Of a DNA stretch of 32,000 nt, positions 24,610 to 32,000 are shown piece after piece. Below the pieces are notes generated by a model, which ran no database searches, was not told the DNA's origin, and saw only the letters and a list, made by a program, of their open reading frames with translations. A program made the translations under genes and the position numbers. This DNA comes from Halomicrobium mukohataei DSM 12286 (GTDB taxonomy: Archaea > Halobacteriota > Halobacteria > Halobacteriales > Haloarculaceae), in the NCBI RefSeq assembly GCF_000023965.1, contig NC_013202.1, positions 2,370,001-2,402,000 of the forward strand, written 5' to 3'. The first letter of the stretch is position 1. Each line of letters starts with the position of its first letter.

Positions 24610-25254
24610 ATGAGTGAGCCACACGCCGACCAGCCGGTCCACACCGCGGGCACGCCGCTGGACGACGCCAGCGTCGCCGTCGTGATGATCCACGGCCGCG
24701 GAGCCAGAGCCGAGGGATTTCTCCAGCTCGCAGACGAGATCGCCGTCGACGGCGTCGCGTATCTCGCACCGCAGGCACAGCGCGGGAGCTGGTACCCCAA
24801 CCGTTTCGTCGACCCGATCGAGAGCAACGAGCCACACCTCACCGCCGCACTCGGCGTCGTCGCGGACACGATCGAAAGAGCCCTCGCAGCGGGCCTCGAC
24901 CACGAACAGATCGTCCTGATGGGGTTCTCTCAGGGTGCCTGTCTCGCCAGCGAGTACGTCGCCCGGAACCCCCGCGCGTACGGTGGACTCGCCGCCTTCA
25001 GCGGCGGACTCATCGGACCGCTCGGGATGGCGTTCGACCACGACGGGGAACTCGACGGGATGCCGGCCTTCTTCGGCTGTAGCGACTCCGATCCGCACAT
25101 TCCGGAGACTCGCGTCACCGAGTCTGCGGACGTGTTCGAGCGCCTCGGAGCCACCGTCGAGACGCGACTCTACGAGGGCATGGGCCACACGATCGTCGAC
25201 GACGAGGTCGAGTACGTCGTCGATCTGCTGTCGACGCTGACGGGTTCGGACTGA
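24610..25254 (+). CDS. phospholipase/carboxylesterase family alpha/beta hydrolase
   Basis: It has the GFSQGA nucleophile elbow, a downstream D and H (GMGHTI), and VVMIHGRGA. I chose the start at MSEPHADQP (24610). Confidence 0.85.
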   Translation: MSEPHADQPVHTAGTPLDDASVAVVMIHGRGARAEGFLQLADEIAVDGVAYLAPQAQRGSWYPNRFVDPIESNEPHLTAALGVVADTIERALAAGLDHEQIVLMGFSQGACLASEYVARNPRAYGGLAAFSGGLIGPLGMAFDHDGELDGMPAFFGCSDSDPHIPETRVTESADVFERLGATVETRLYEGMGHTIVDDEVEYVVDLLSTLTGSD

Positions 25255-25329
25255 TACGGATTCTCGTAGCAGTTTCCCGGTGATCACCTCGTGGCGACGA
25301 TTGCCGGTGAGCACCTACGAGAGTCCGTA
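25255..25329. repeat. 75-nt palindromic element, subfamily 1 (copy B1)
   Basis: The outer arms TACGGATTCTCGTAG / CTACGAGAGTCCGTA form 15 pairs including one G.U. The core is related to copy A in inverted order. It is flanked by TGA (25252-25254, the esterase stop) and TGA (25330-25332). Confidence 0.85.
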
Positions 25330-25332
25330 TGA

Positions 25333-25409
25333 TACTGTCGACTGTCCCGTCGTGAAGCGATTCGCCACCCGGTGTGGCGAAATCGATCACAGTGGGACAG
25401 CCGGCGGTA
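25333..25409. repeat. 77-nt palindromic element, subfamily 2 (copy B2)
   Basis: The paired arms are CTGTCCC / GGGACAG, GTGA / TCAC, CGATT / AATCG and CGCCA / TGGCG. It starts directly after the TGA that also flanks B1. Confidence 0.8.
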
Positions 25410-25502
25410 CGACACCGCCGGTGAGATTCTCACCGGGCGGGAACGATCCCGCACCGGTGACCAACGTCACTTATCCGTCTCGAACGCCTTGTCTCAACTC
25501 GA

Positions 25503-26510
25503 ATGCTGTCAGACGAGTTCGGTCGCGAGGTCTCGGGCGTCCGCGTCTCGCTGACCGATCGGTGTAACTTCGACTGCGTCTACTGCCACAACGAGGGGCT
25601 GGGAGACACGCGCGGCCCACTGGCGGCCCAGGACGACGAGCTCTCGACGGACCGGGTCGTCGACTTCCTCGAAGTGGCCGCGGACCTCGGCGTCGACTCG
25701 GTGAAGTTCACCGGCGGGGAACCGCTGCTCAGAGAGGACCTCGCCGAGATCGTCGAGCGGACGCCCGACGAGATGGCGGTGTCCCTGACGACGAACGGGA
25801 CCTACCTTCCCGGGCGAGCGTCCGAACTCGTCGACGCCGGACTCGAACGAGTCAACATCTCCCAGGACGCACTCGACCGGGAGGCGTTCGCCGAACTCAC
25901 CCAGAGTGGCGCGTACGACCGCGTGCTGGAGGGCGTCGAGGCGGCGGTCGACGCCGGACTCGCCCCGGTGAAGATCAACATGGTGGTGTTCGAGCCGACG
26001 GCGGGGTACGTTCCGGAGATGGTCGATCACGTCGTCGAGAACGAGGGGCTTCGCCTCCAGCTCATCGAGTACATGCCCGAGTTGGCCGGCCATCCGGAGT
26101 GGGCGATCGACATCGATCGCGTCCACGACTGGCTGTCCGAACGGGCCGACCGGATCGAGCACCGCCAGATGCACGACCGGCGGCGGTACTTCGTCGCGAG
26201 CGACGACGGCGACCGCGAGGGGATGGTCGAGATCGTCGACCCGGTGGGCAACGAGACGTTCTGTGCGAACTGCCACCGGGTGCGACTCACCCACGACGGC
26301 TACCTGAAGGGCTGTCTGAACCGCAACGACGACCTCCGGTCGATCGGCGAGACGAAGTCTCGCATGCGCGATGCGTTCCGGGCGACCGTGGCCAGCCGCG
26401 TCCCCTACTACGGCGAGTACATGGTCGAGACCGAGGACGGCTGGGAACGCGACGAGCGGTACCGCGACGGGGAGGGCGACCGCGCCCCCTACGCCTACAC
26501 CGAGGACTGA
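25503..26510 (+). CDS. moaA: GTP 3',8-cyclase MoaA (radical SAM, molybdenum cofactor biosynthesis)
   Basis: It has the CNFDCVYC radical-SAM cluster motif, a C-terminal [18 protein letters not shown] second-cluster motif, and FTGGEPLLR. Confidence 0.95.
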   Translation: MLSDEFGREVSGVRVSLTDRCNFDCVYCHNEGLGDTRGPLAAQDDELSTDRVVDFLEVAADLGVDSVKFTGGEPLLREDLAEIVERTPDEMAVSLTTNGTYLPGRASELVDAGLERVNISQDALDREAFAELTQSGAYDRVLEGVEAAVDAGLAPVKINMVVFEPTAGYVPEMVDHVVENEGLRLQLIEYMPELAGHPEWAIDIDRVHDWLSERADRIEHRQMHDRRRYFVASDDGDREGMVEIVDPVGNETFCANCHRVRLTHDGYLKGCLNRNDDLRSIGETKSRMRDAFRATVASRVPYYGEYMVETEDGWERDERYRDGEGDRAPYAYTED

Positions 26511-26587
26511 TACGGGCGGTCGTCGGAATCTCCCCGCTTTCGCCGCCCTGGGAGGCGAATCGATTCACGACGGGACAGCCGACGGTA
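26511..26587. repeat. 77-nt palindromic element, subfamily 2 (copy C)
   Basis: One arm (reverse complement TACCGTCGGCTGTCCCGTCGTGAATCGATTCGCCTCCC.GG) matches B2 at about 47 of 52 positions, while the other arm is decayed. It starts directly after the moaA TGA (26508-26510) and is followed by TCA. Confidence 0.8.
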
Positions 26588-26652
26588 TCACGTGCCCCGT
26601 CGCGGCCTCGCGAAGTCGTGGCTTTTTGCCCTCCGGCGGCCTGTGTTCGAGT

Positions 26653-27867
26653 ATGACAGACGACCCTCGAGGCGTCGGATTCAGAGAGCAGACGCGGCTC
26701 GGGCCGGCCCGCGAGCGGTTGCTCGACTCGCTGTCGCCGGTGTCTCGAACGGAGGCGGTGCCGATCACGGACGCCGACGGACGGGCACTCGCGAGCGAAC
26801 ACACAGCCCGGCGACCGGTGCCACACTATCCGCGCGCGGCGATGGACGGCTTCGCCGTTCGGGCCGAGGACACGTTCGGAGCGACCCGACGATCGCCGGT
26901 CCGACTGGAGCGATCGGAGTCGGTCGGCCCGAACGCCGCGTGCCGCGTCCACACTGGGAGCGAACTGCCGGAGGGTGCCGACGCGGTCGTACAGGTCGAG
27001 CAGGTCGAGGCCGACGACGCGACGATCGAGGTGTTCGACGCCGTCGCCAGCGGCCAGAACGTCGCGCCGGTCGGTGACGACGTCTCGGACGGACAGCACC
27101 TGTTCGATCCCGGCCACCAGCTCCGTCCCTCCGATCTGGGACTGTTGAAGGCACTCGGAGTCGAGACCGTGGCGGTGTTCGATCGCCCACGGTTCAGCGT
27201 CGTCCCGACGGGCGAGGAACTCGTCCAGTCCGATCCCGAACCCGGCGAAGTCGTCGAGACGAACGGCCAGACCGTCGCTCAGTACGTCCGGCGGTGGGGA
27301 GGGGAACCGACCTACCGTGACGTGGTCACCGACGACGAGGCCGCGCTTCGGTCGGCCATCGAACGAGATCTCGACCACGACCTGATCGTGACGACCGGCG
27401 GCTCCTCGGTCGGCGAGCGGGATCTCTTGCCGGCGGTCGTCGACGATCTCGGGACGGTCTCGGTCCACGGCGTCGCACTCAAGCCCGGCCACCCGGTCGC
27501 GTTCGGCCGCGTCGAGGAGACGCCGATCCTCGTGTTACCGGGCTATCCGGTGGCGACGATCGTCAACGCCGTCCAGCTGCTCCGGCCGGCCCTCAAGAAG
27601 CTCGCACACCTCCCCGAGCGCGAGCCACCGGTGACGGAGGCCCGTCTGGAGCGAAAGGTCGCGAGCGAGGTCGGGACGCGCTCGTTCGTCCGCGTTCGAC
27701 TGGATCGTGACGGCGACGAGCGGACGGCGACACCCACCAGAGCCAGCGGTGCCGGCGTCCTCTCCAGCGTCGCGCTGGCCGACGGCTGGGTCGTCGTTCC
27801 AGAAGACAGCGAGGGGTACGACGCCGGTCGGACCGTCGCCGTCGAGGACTGGGAGTGGTCGCCGTGA
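26653..27867 (+). CDS. moeA: molybdopterin molybdenumtransferase MoeA
   Basis: It has PHYPRAAMDGFAVRAEDT, the TGGSSVGERD motif and LKPGHP. The ATG at 26653 lies about 27 nt downstream of GGCTTTTTGCC. Confidence 0.9.
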   Translation: MTDDPRGVGFREQTRLGPARERLLDSLSPVSRTEAVPITDADGRALASEHTARRPVPHYPRAAMDGFAVRAEDTFGATRRSPVRLERSESVGPNAACRVHTGSELPEGADAVVQVEQVEADDATIEVFDAVASGQNVAPVGDDVSDGQHLFDPGHQLRPSDLGLLKALGVETVAVFDRPRFSVVPTGEELVQSDPEPGEVVETNGQTVAQYVRRWGGEPTYRDVVTDDEAALRSAIERDLDHDLIVTTGGSSVGERDLLPAVVDDLGTVSVHGVALKPGHPVAFGRVEETPILVLPGYPVATIVNAVQLLRPALKKLAHLPEREPPVTEARLERKVASEVGTRSFVRVRLDRDGDERTATPTRASGAGVLSSVALADGWVVVPEDSEGYDAGRTVAVEDWEWSP

Positions 27868-29738
27868 GCGACCGCAAGGAGTTCCGTGATCTCGCGACGC
27901 CCGAGCGCGCACACGAGGTCGCCGACGGCCTCGACATCGATCCCGGTGCCGAGACGGTCCCCCTCGACGGGGCCCGCGGGCGCGTCCTCGACGAGCGCAT
28001 CGACGCGACACTGGACGTACCGGGGTTCGATCGGGCGAGCATGGACGGGTACGCGCTCCGGGCCGAGGACACCTTCGACGCCGACGAGGCGAGCCCGGTG
28101 ACCCTGTCGCTGGCCGGCGCGGTCCACGCCGGTGAGCGGCCGGCGGTGTCAGTCGACCCCGGAACGGCGGTCGAGGTCTCGACTGGCGCGGTGATGCCCG
28201 ACGGTGCCGACGCGGTCGTGATCGTCGAGCGGACGACGGCGACCGACGACGGCGTCGAGATCAGAACCGCAGTCACTCCCGGCCAGAACGTCATGCTCTC
28301 GGGGGCCGACATCGCTGCCGGGACCAGGGCGCTGGGCCCCGGAACGCGGCTCACTCCCAGCGAGATCGGACTGCTCTCCGCGCTCGGCGTCGACGAGGTG
28401 CCGGTCCGAGCGAAGCCGACGGTCGGCATCCTCTCGACGGGCGACGAACTCGTCCGCCCGGGCGAGCCCCTCCAGAGCCAGGCCGGAGAGATCTACGACG
28501 TGAACAGCTACACGATCGCGACGGCCGTCGCGGAGGCCGGCGGAGCGCCGGAGTTGTACCCCCACGTCGGCGACGATTACGAGGCCATGGAGCGACTGCT
28601 CCGGCGGGCCGCGACGGAGTGTGATCTCGTCCTCTCGTCGGGATCGACGAGTGCCAGCGCCGTCGACGTGATATACAGCGTCGTCGAATCCCAGGGGACG
28701 CTCCTCCTGCACGGGACCGCGATCAAGCCCGGAAAGCCGATGTTGATCGGTGAACTCGGCGACGCGGCCTACGTGGGCCTGCCGGGGTATCCGGTCTCTG
28801 CGCTGACGATCTTCCGGACGTTCGTCGCACCGCAGATCCGCGACGCGGCGGGTCTCCCGGAGCCGGCCACCGCGACCGTCACCGGTGAGATGGCCGTCCG
28901 GGAACGCTGTGAGGAGGGTCGCCGCCGGCTGCTGGCTGCCGGCCTCGTCGAGAACGGCGACGGCGATCTGCTCGTCTACCCGGTCGACAAGGGCAGCGGC
29001 GCGACGACGAGTCTCGTCGACGCCGACGGGACCGTGACCGTGCCCGCCGACACGGCCTTCCTCGACGCGGGCGAGTCCGTCACGGTGGAGCTGTTCTCGC
29101 CCGACGTTCGGCCTCCGTCGGTGCTGTGTGCCGGCGACTCCGATCCCGTGGCTTCCCAGCTCCTCGACGGCCTGGACGAGCCACGCTTTCTCCCGGTCGG
29201 GACCCGTGAGGCACTGCGGCGACTGCGTGATGGGATCCCCGACGTGGTGGTTGCCGCTGGCCCGACCGGAGCGTCCTCGGACGCCGTCGAGTTGGGCGGC
29301 TGGACTCGCGAGTGGGGGCTGGTCGTCCCCGCGGGCAATCCCGATGGAATCGAGGGCGTCCCGTCGCTGGTCGACGACGACGGATCGATGGTCAATCTCG
29401 CGACCGGATTCGGGCTCCGTACTAGCTTCGACGCCCATCTCGACGCCCTCGCGGACGAACGCGACATCGCCCGGAGCGAGCTGACAGACGACATCTCGGG
29501 GTACGACCTGACGACTACCGGCGGCGAGAGCCCGGCCCGCGCAGTCTCGGACGGCGACGCCGACGCCGGCCTCGGACTCCGGGCGACTGCGACGGCGCTC
29601 GGACTCGGTTTCGTCTCGCTGGGCCGACAGCGGGTCCGCGTACTCACAACGGCCGATCGTCGGGACAAGCCCGCAGTCGAGCGACTCGCCGGTGCGATCG
29701 ACGAGGTCGACCTCTCGGAGTTCCCCGGGTTCGACTGA
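27855..29738 (+). CDS. moeA: MoeA fused to a C-terminal periplasmic-binding-protein-like domain
   Basis: A second full MoeA core (FDRASMDGYALRAEDT, SSGSTSASAVD, IKPGKP) is followed by about 220 aa of PBP-like C-terminus. The start is GTG at 27855, or GTG at 27864, which overlaps the upstream stop as GTGA. Confidence 0.88.
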   Translation: MVAVSDRKEFRDLATPERAHEVADGLDIDPGAETVPLDGARGRVLDERIDATLDVPGFDRASMDGYALRAEDTFDADEASPVTLSLAGAVHAGERPAVSVDPGTAVEVSTGAVMPDGADAVVIVERTTATDDGVEIRTAVTPGQNVMLSGADIAAGTRALGPGTRLTPSEIGLLSALGVDEVPVRAKPTVGILSTGDELVRPGEPLQSQAGEIYDVNSYTIATAVAEAGGAPELYPHVGDDYEAMERLLRRAATECDLVLSSGSTSASAVDVIYSVVESQGTLLLHGTAIKPGKPMLIGELGDAAYVGLPGYPVSALTIFRTFVAPQIRDAAGLPEPATATVTGEMAVRERCEEGRRRLLAAGLVENGDGDLLVYPVDKGSGATTSLVDADGTVTVPADTAFLDAGESVTVELFSPDVRPPSVLCAGDSDPVASQLLDGLDEPRFLPVGTREALRRLRDGIPDVVVAAGPTGASSDAVELGGWTREWGLVVPAGNPDGIEGVPSLVDDDGSMVNLATGFGLRTSFDAHLDALADERDIARSELTDDISGYDLTTTGGESPARAVSDGDADAGLGLRATATALGLGFVSLGRQRVRVLTTADRRDKPAVERLAGAIDEVDLSEFPGFD

Positions 29739-29778
29739 CGACGACAGCCGATCGCTCTCTGCTCTCCGGCGGTCTCAA

Positions 29779-30753
29779 TTACACGATGAGGGAGTTGAAC
29801 ACGACACCTACGACAACACCGATTGTGACGACGGTTCCAGCGTAGACGAGCAATAGTCGGCGCTTGAACAGCTTGTTCAGGAGAATCAGGTTCGGGATAC
29901 TCACACCGGCTCCACCGATGACGAACGCGAGCACGGTTCCAACGGCGATTCCCTGTTCGCTGAGGGAGGCCGCAATGGGGAGCATTCCACTGAGGCTGAC
30001 GTAGACTGGAGCCCCGACGAGTGCGGCCAGTGGCACGGAGAGTGGGTTCTCCGGACCGAGCACGGTTCGAACTATCTCGACGGGGACGACGCCGTGAATT
30101 AATGCTCCGAGAACCATCCCGAGGACAAGATACGGAAGGGTATCGACGAAGAACGACCACGCTTCACGCGCGGCCGATTCGAAATGCTGCCGGTGCGTTT
30201 GCTCCGTATTCGCCGCTCCGCCGGCACAGCAGTCGACTGTTCCGCCGTCCGCAACGGTCTGACCTGTACTATCCGTAATGTGGACTTCCTTGACGTGGTC
30301 GGCCAAGCCCAGCCGACCGATAACGATTCCGCCGAGAACGGCTGCGAGAAACGTTATGAGGACGTACCAGACGGTTACTTCGATTCCGAACAGCCCGATT
30401 AGCAACAGTACGGCGATTTCGTTGACGAGTGGCGAAGCGAGGAGGAACGAGAAGGCCAGTCCGAGCGGCGCACCCGCCCGAAGCAATCCGGCCAAGACAG
30501 GGACGGTCGAGCACGAGCAGAACGGCGTCACCGCGCCCAGTCCGGCGGCAGCGACGTTACCGGTACCTTCATCGTGGCCGCGGAGTTTCCGCTCGACTTT
30601 CTCCGGTGGGAGATACTCCTGTGCTAATCCGACGAGGAACGACGCCCCGATGAACAACGGGACGAGGAGGAACGCGAGGTGGAGAAAGTAGTTCCACGAG
30701 TCCAGGAGCGCGTTGCTGAGGCTCGGTGAGAGCATCTCAATCGTCTCCCTCAA
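29779..30753 (-). CDS. COG0701/ArsP-like permease
   Basis: This polytopic membrane protein has the family-typical TPFCSCSTVP motif. Its GC content is visibly lower than that of neighbouring genes. Confidence 0.8.
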   Translation of the reverse strand: MRETIEMLSPSLSNALLDSWNYFLHLAFLLVPLFIGASFLVGLAQEYLPPEKVERKLRGHDEGTGNVAAAGLGAVTPFCSCSTVPVLAGLLRAGAPLGLAFSFLLASPLVNEIAVLLLIGLFGIEVTVWYVLITFLAAVLGGIVIGRLGLADHVKEVHITDSTGQTVADGGTVDCCAGGAANTEQTHRQHFESAAREAWSFFVDTLPYLVLGMVLGALIHGVVPVEIVRTVLGPENPLSVPLAALVGAPVYVSLSGMLPIAASLSEQGIAVGTVLAFVIGGAGVSIPNLILLNKLFKRRLLLVYAGTVVTIGVVVGVVFNSLIV

Positions 30754-31120
30754 TGGCCTGGGCGAGGTCGAGCAGGTCGAAGACCGCGGTGTCGGCGATG
30801 CGGTAGTAGCTCCACTTGCCCTTCTTGCGGGATTTGACCAGCCCGGCCTCTCTCAGCTTCCGGAGGTGGGTAGCGACGGTGGATTGGGGGGCGTCGAGCA
30901 CGATCTGCAACTCACATCCACAGCACTCTGATTCCCGGAGTGCGCTGAGAACGCGGAGGCGATCCTCATTCCCGAGGGCCTTGAACACTGCCTCCTGATC
31001 GGTGACATCTTGTTCGGATGTCCGAATATCCCGTAAGGCGGCGATCCGTTCCTCCGGGTCGTCGTACAACCGTTCAAGTGCGCTGTAGGCCTCGTCGTGT
31101 GATGGATCTGCATCAGACAT
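30737..31120 (-). CDS. arsR: ArsR/SmtB family metalloregulator
   Basis: It has LGNEDRLRVLSAL..ECCGCELQIVLDAPQSTVATHLRKLREAGLV, i.e. a wHTH with a CCGC metal/metalloid site. It overlaps the permease start by 17 nt. Confidence 0.9.
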   Translation of the reverse strand: MSDADPSHDEAYSALERLYDDPEERIAALRDIRTSEQDVTDQEAVFKALGNEDRLRVLSALRESECCGCELQIVLDAPQSTVATHLRKLREAGLVKSRKKGKWSYYRIADTAVFDLLDLAQAIEGDD

Positions 31121-31141
31121 ATTTGTATTTCTCGGTTTGAA

Positions 31142-31291
31142 TTACTCGCAGCAACCCTCTGATTCACGTCCTGACGAGGTGGATTGTGTTTCTTCGATAT
31201 CTGCCCTACAACAGGACCCTTCTTTCTGCCCATAGCGACTCACGAGACGATTCCAGAGTCGGTCGAGGATACTTTTTGCCATCTTCGTCAT
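31142..31291 (-). CDS. possible 49-aa Cys-rich small protein upstream of arsR
   Basis: It translates to MTKMAKSILDRLWNRLVSRYGQKEGSCCRADIEETQSTSSGRESEGCCE, with two CC pairs. An AT-rich box (TTTTCATATAG on the minus strand) lies about 20 nt upstream. It sits in a low-GC region, so coding status is uncertain. Confidence 0.35.
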   Translation of the reverse strand: MTKMAKSILDRLWNRLVSRYGQKEGSCCRADIEETQSTSSGRESEGCCE

Positions 31292-31521
31292 ATCGTAGTT
31301 TCCCGATCTATATGAAAATTGTGGTGGCTCGGATCTTGGTCTCCTTGCCGAGAAGAGGATTCGTGTTGCCACCATTCAGAGCAGTAGAGTAGTCGAAAAC
31401 AGTGATGTACGCGAGTGGGATTTGATCATCTCCATGGATAGCGCCGCCACATTGATATAGCAGTATACAGTTTACGTGTCTACGAGCTGCCGCCGGGTCG
31501 CCGACAAAACAGTGTCGGGCG

Positions 31522-32000
31522 CTAACAGATATCGTACACGTGCTCGTCGTAGACGGTGCGAACGCGGTCGCCCCACTCGTGGGTGTACGTGTCGATCACG
31601 TCCTGGGCCACGTCGCCGCGCAGGTACTTCACGATCCCGCGATCACCAGTTCGATCCCGGAGGTGTGTCGTGAAGAAGTGCCTGAAGTAGTGCGGCGTCA
31701 CGTTCTGGGCCGCATCGCCGCCGTCCTGGTACCAGCCCCGGTCGCGTGCGTGGCGTTCGACGACGTGGTGGACCATGTCCGGCGTGAGTCGTTTCCCCCA
31801 GTCTCCGCTCGTCGACGTGAACAGCGGCTCTGCGGTCGATCTCGGATCTGGGCGGACGGCCAGCCACCGTTCGAGTACGTCGCCCAGTTCCGCGTCGACG
31901 GGGACCGTCGTGTCCCGTTTTCGCTTGTTCGAGGCCGTCCGCTCTTCGCCGTTGACGACCGCGCCACGCGCCGGCTCGGCCGAGACGAACAGCGAATCGG
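31522..32000 (-). CDS. tyrosine recombinase / phage-type integrase, C-terminal part (gene continues beyond the right edge)
   Basis: The frame of the 84-aa track ORF stays open upstream to the window end. It reads ...KRKRDTTVPVDAELGDVLERWLAVRP...LFTSTSGDWGKRLTPDMVHHVVERHA...TPHYFRHFFTTHL...GDRGIVKYLRGDVAQDVIDTYTH, which contains the R..HxxR..Y catalytic-domain pattern. Confidence 0.8.
   Translation of the reverse strand, partial: DSLFVSAEPARGAVVNGEERTASNKRKRDTTVPVDAELGDVLERWLAVRPDPRSTAEPLFTSTSGDWGKRLTPDMVHHVVERHARDRGWYQDGGDAAQNVTPHYFRHFFTTHLRDRTGDRGIVKYLRGDVAQDVIDTYTHEWGDRVRTVYDEHVYDIC

Noticed and set aside
25333-26587. I considered a Moco riboswitch upstream of moaA and moeA.
   Set aside because: The shared sequence is a copy of a palindromic repeat that also occurs at 19448-19524, away from Moco genes. 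Its orientation is undefined because it is self-complementary, and I see no resemblance to the bacterial Moco RNA motif as I remember it.
7668-29738. Seven plus-strand genes end in Asp + TGA (GAC TGA), which might mean the element supplies the last codon.
   Set aside because: Copy G follows CAG TGA, and genes without any element (22280-23470 and 27855-29738) also end in GAC TGA. Acidic C-termini are common in haloarchaeal proteins, so the GAC is probably compositional and not part of the repeat.
1-32000. I looked for CRISPR arrays, tRNA genes and rRNA genes.
   Set aside because: I found no regularly spaced direct repeats, no T-loop/acceptor-stem patterns (GGTTCGAATCC-like), and no rRNA-like conserved blocks on either strand.

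Overview
This is a high-GC (about 65%) chromosomal segment that looks haloarchaeal: acidic proteomes, an archaellin, PriS, GINS, Dph2 and many apparently leaderless genes with a TATA-like box about 27 nt upstream of the ATG. I support about 37 protein genes, mostly housekeeping. They include a cytochrome b / Rieske operon, an MscS channel, an eIF-2B-family isomerase, an overlapping PriS-GINS pair, an HtrA-like protease and a rhomboid protease. There are also an HxlR regulator, a GT2 glycosyltransferase, a GAF/PAS histidine kinase, Dph2, one archaellin, and MoaA plus two tandem MoeA genes. The right edge (about 29.7 kb to the end) is a lower-GC ArsR-permease cassette next to a tyrosine integrase that runs off the window, which probably marks the edge of an integrated element. 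I found no rRNA, tRNA or CRISPR array. The long Arg/Pro/Gly-rich ORFs antisense to real genes are GC-driven shadow ORFs. The unusual content is non-coding. (1) A 433-bp ORF-free element (17840-18272) has 17-bp terminal inverted repeats and an 8-bp direct duplication (GCCGAGCC). Its interior folds into a closed multi-hairpin architecture, and it lies 48 bp upstream of the kinase ATG. (2) A family of 75-80 bp palindromic elements has 8 full copies in 32 kb, in two subfamilies. Five copies start on the nucleotide directly after a TGA stop codon, and four are flanked by a direct TGA/TGA or TCA/TCA triplet. This suggests a small mobile element that targets T-S-A triplets and survives when it lands in stop codons. 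All functional calls come from reading the translated ORFs and the DNA by eye; no database search was run.
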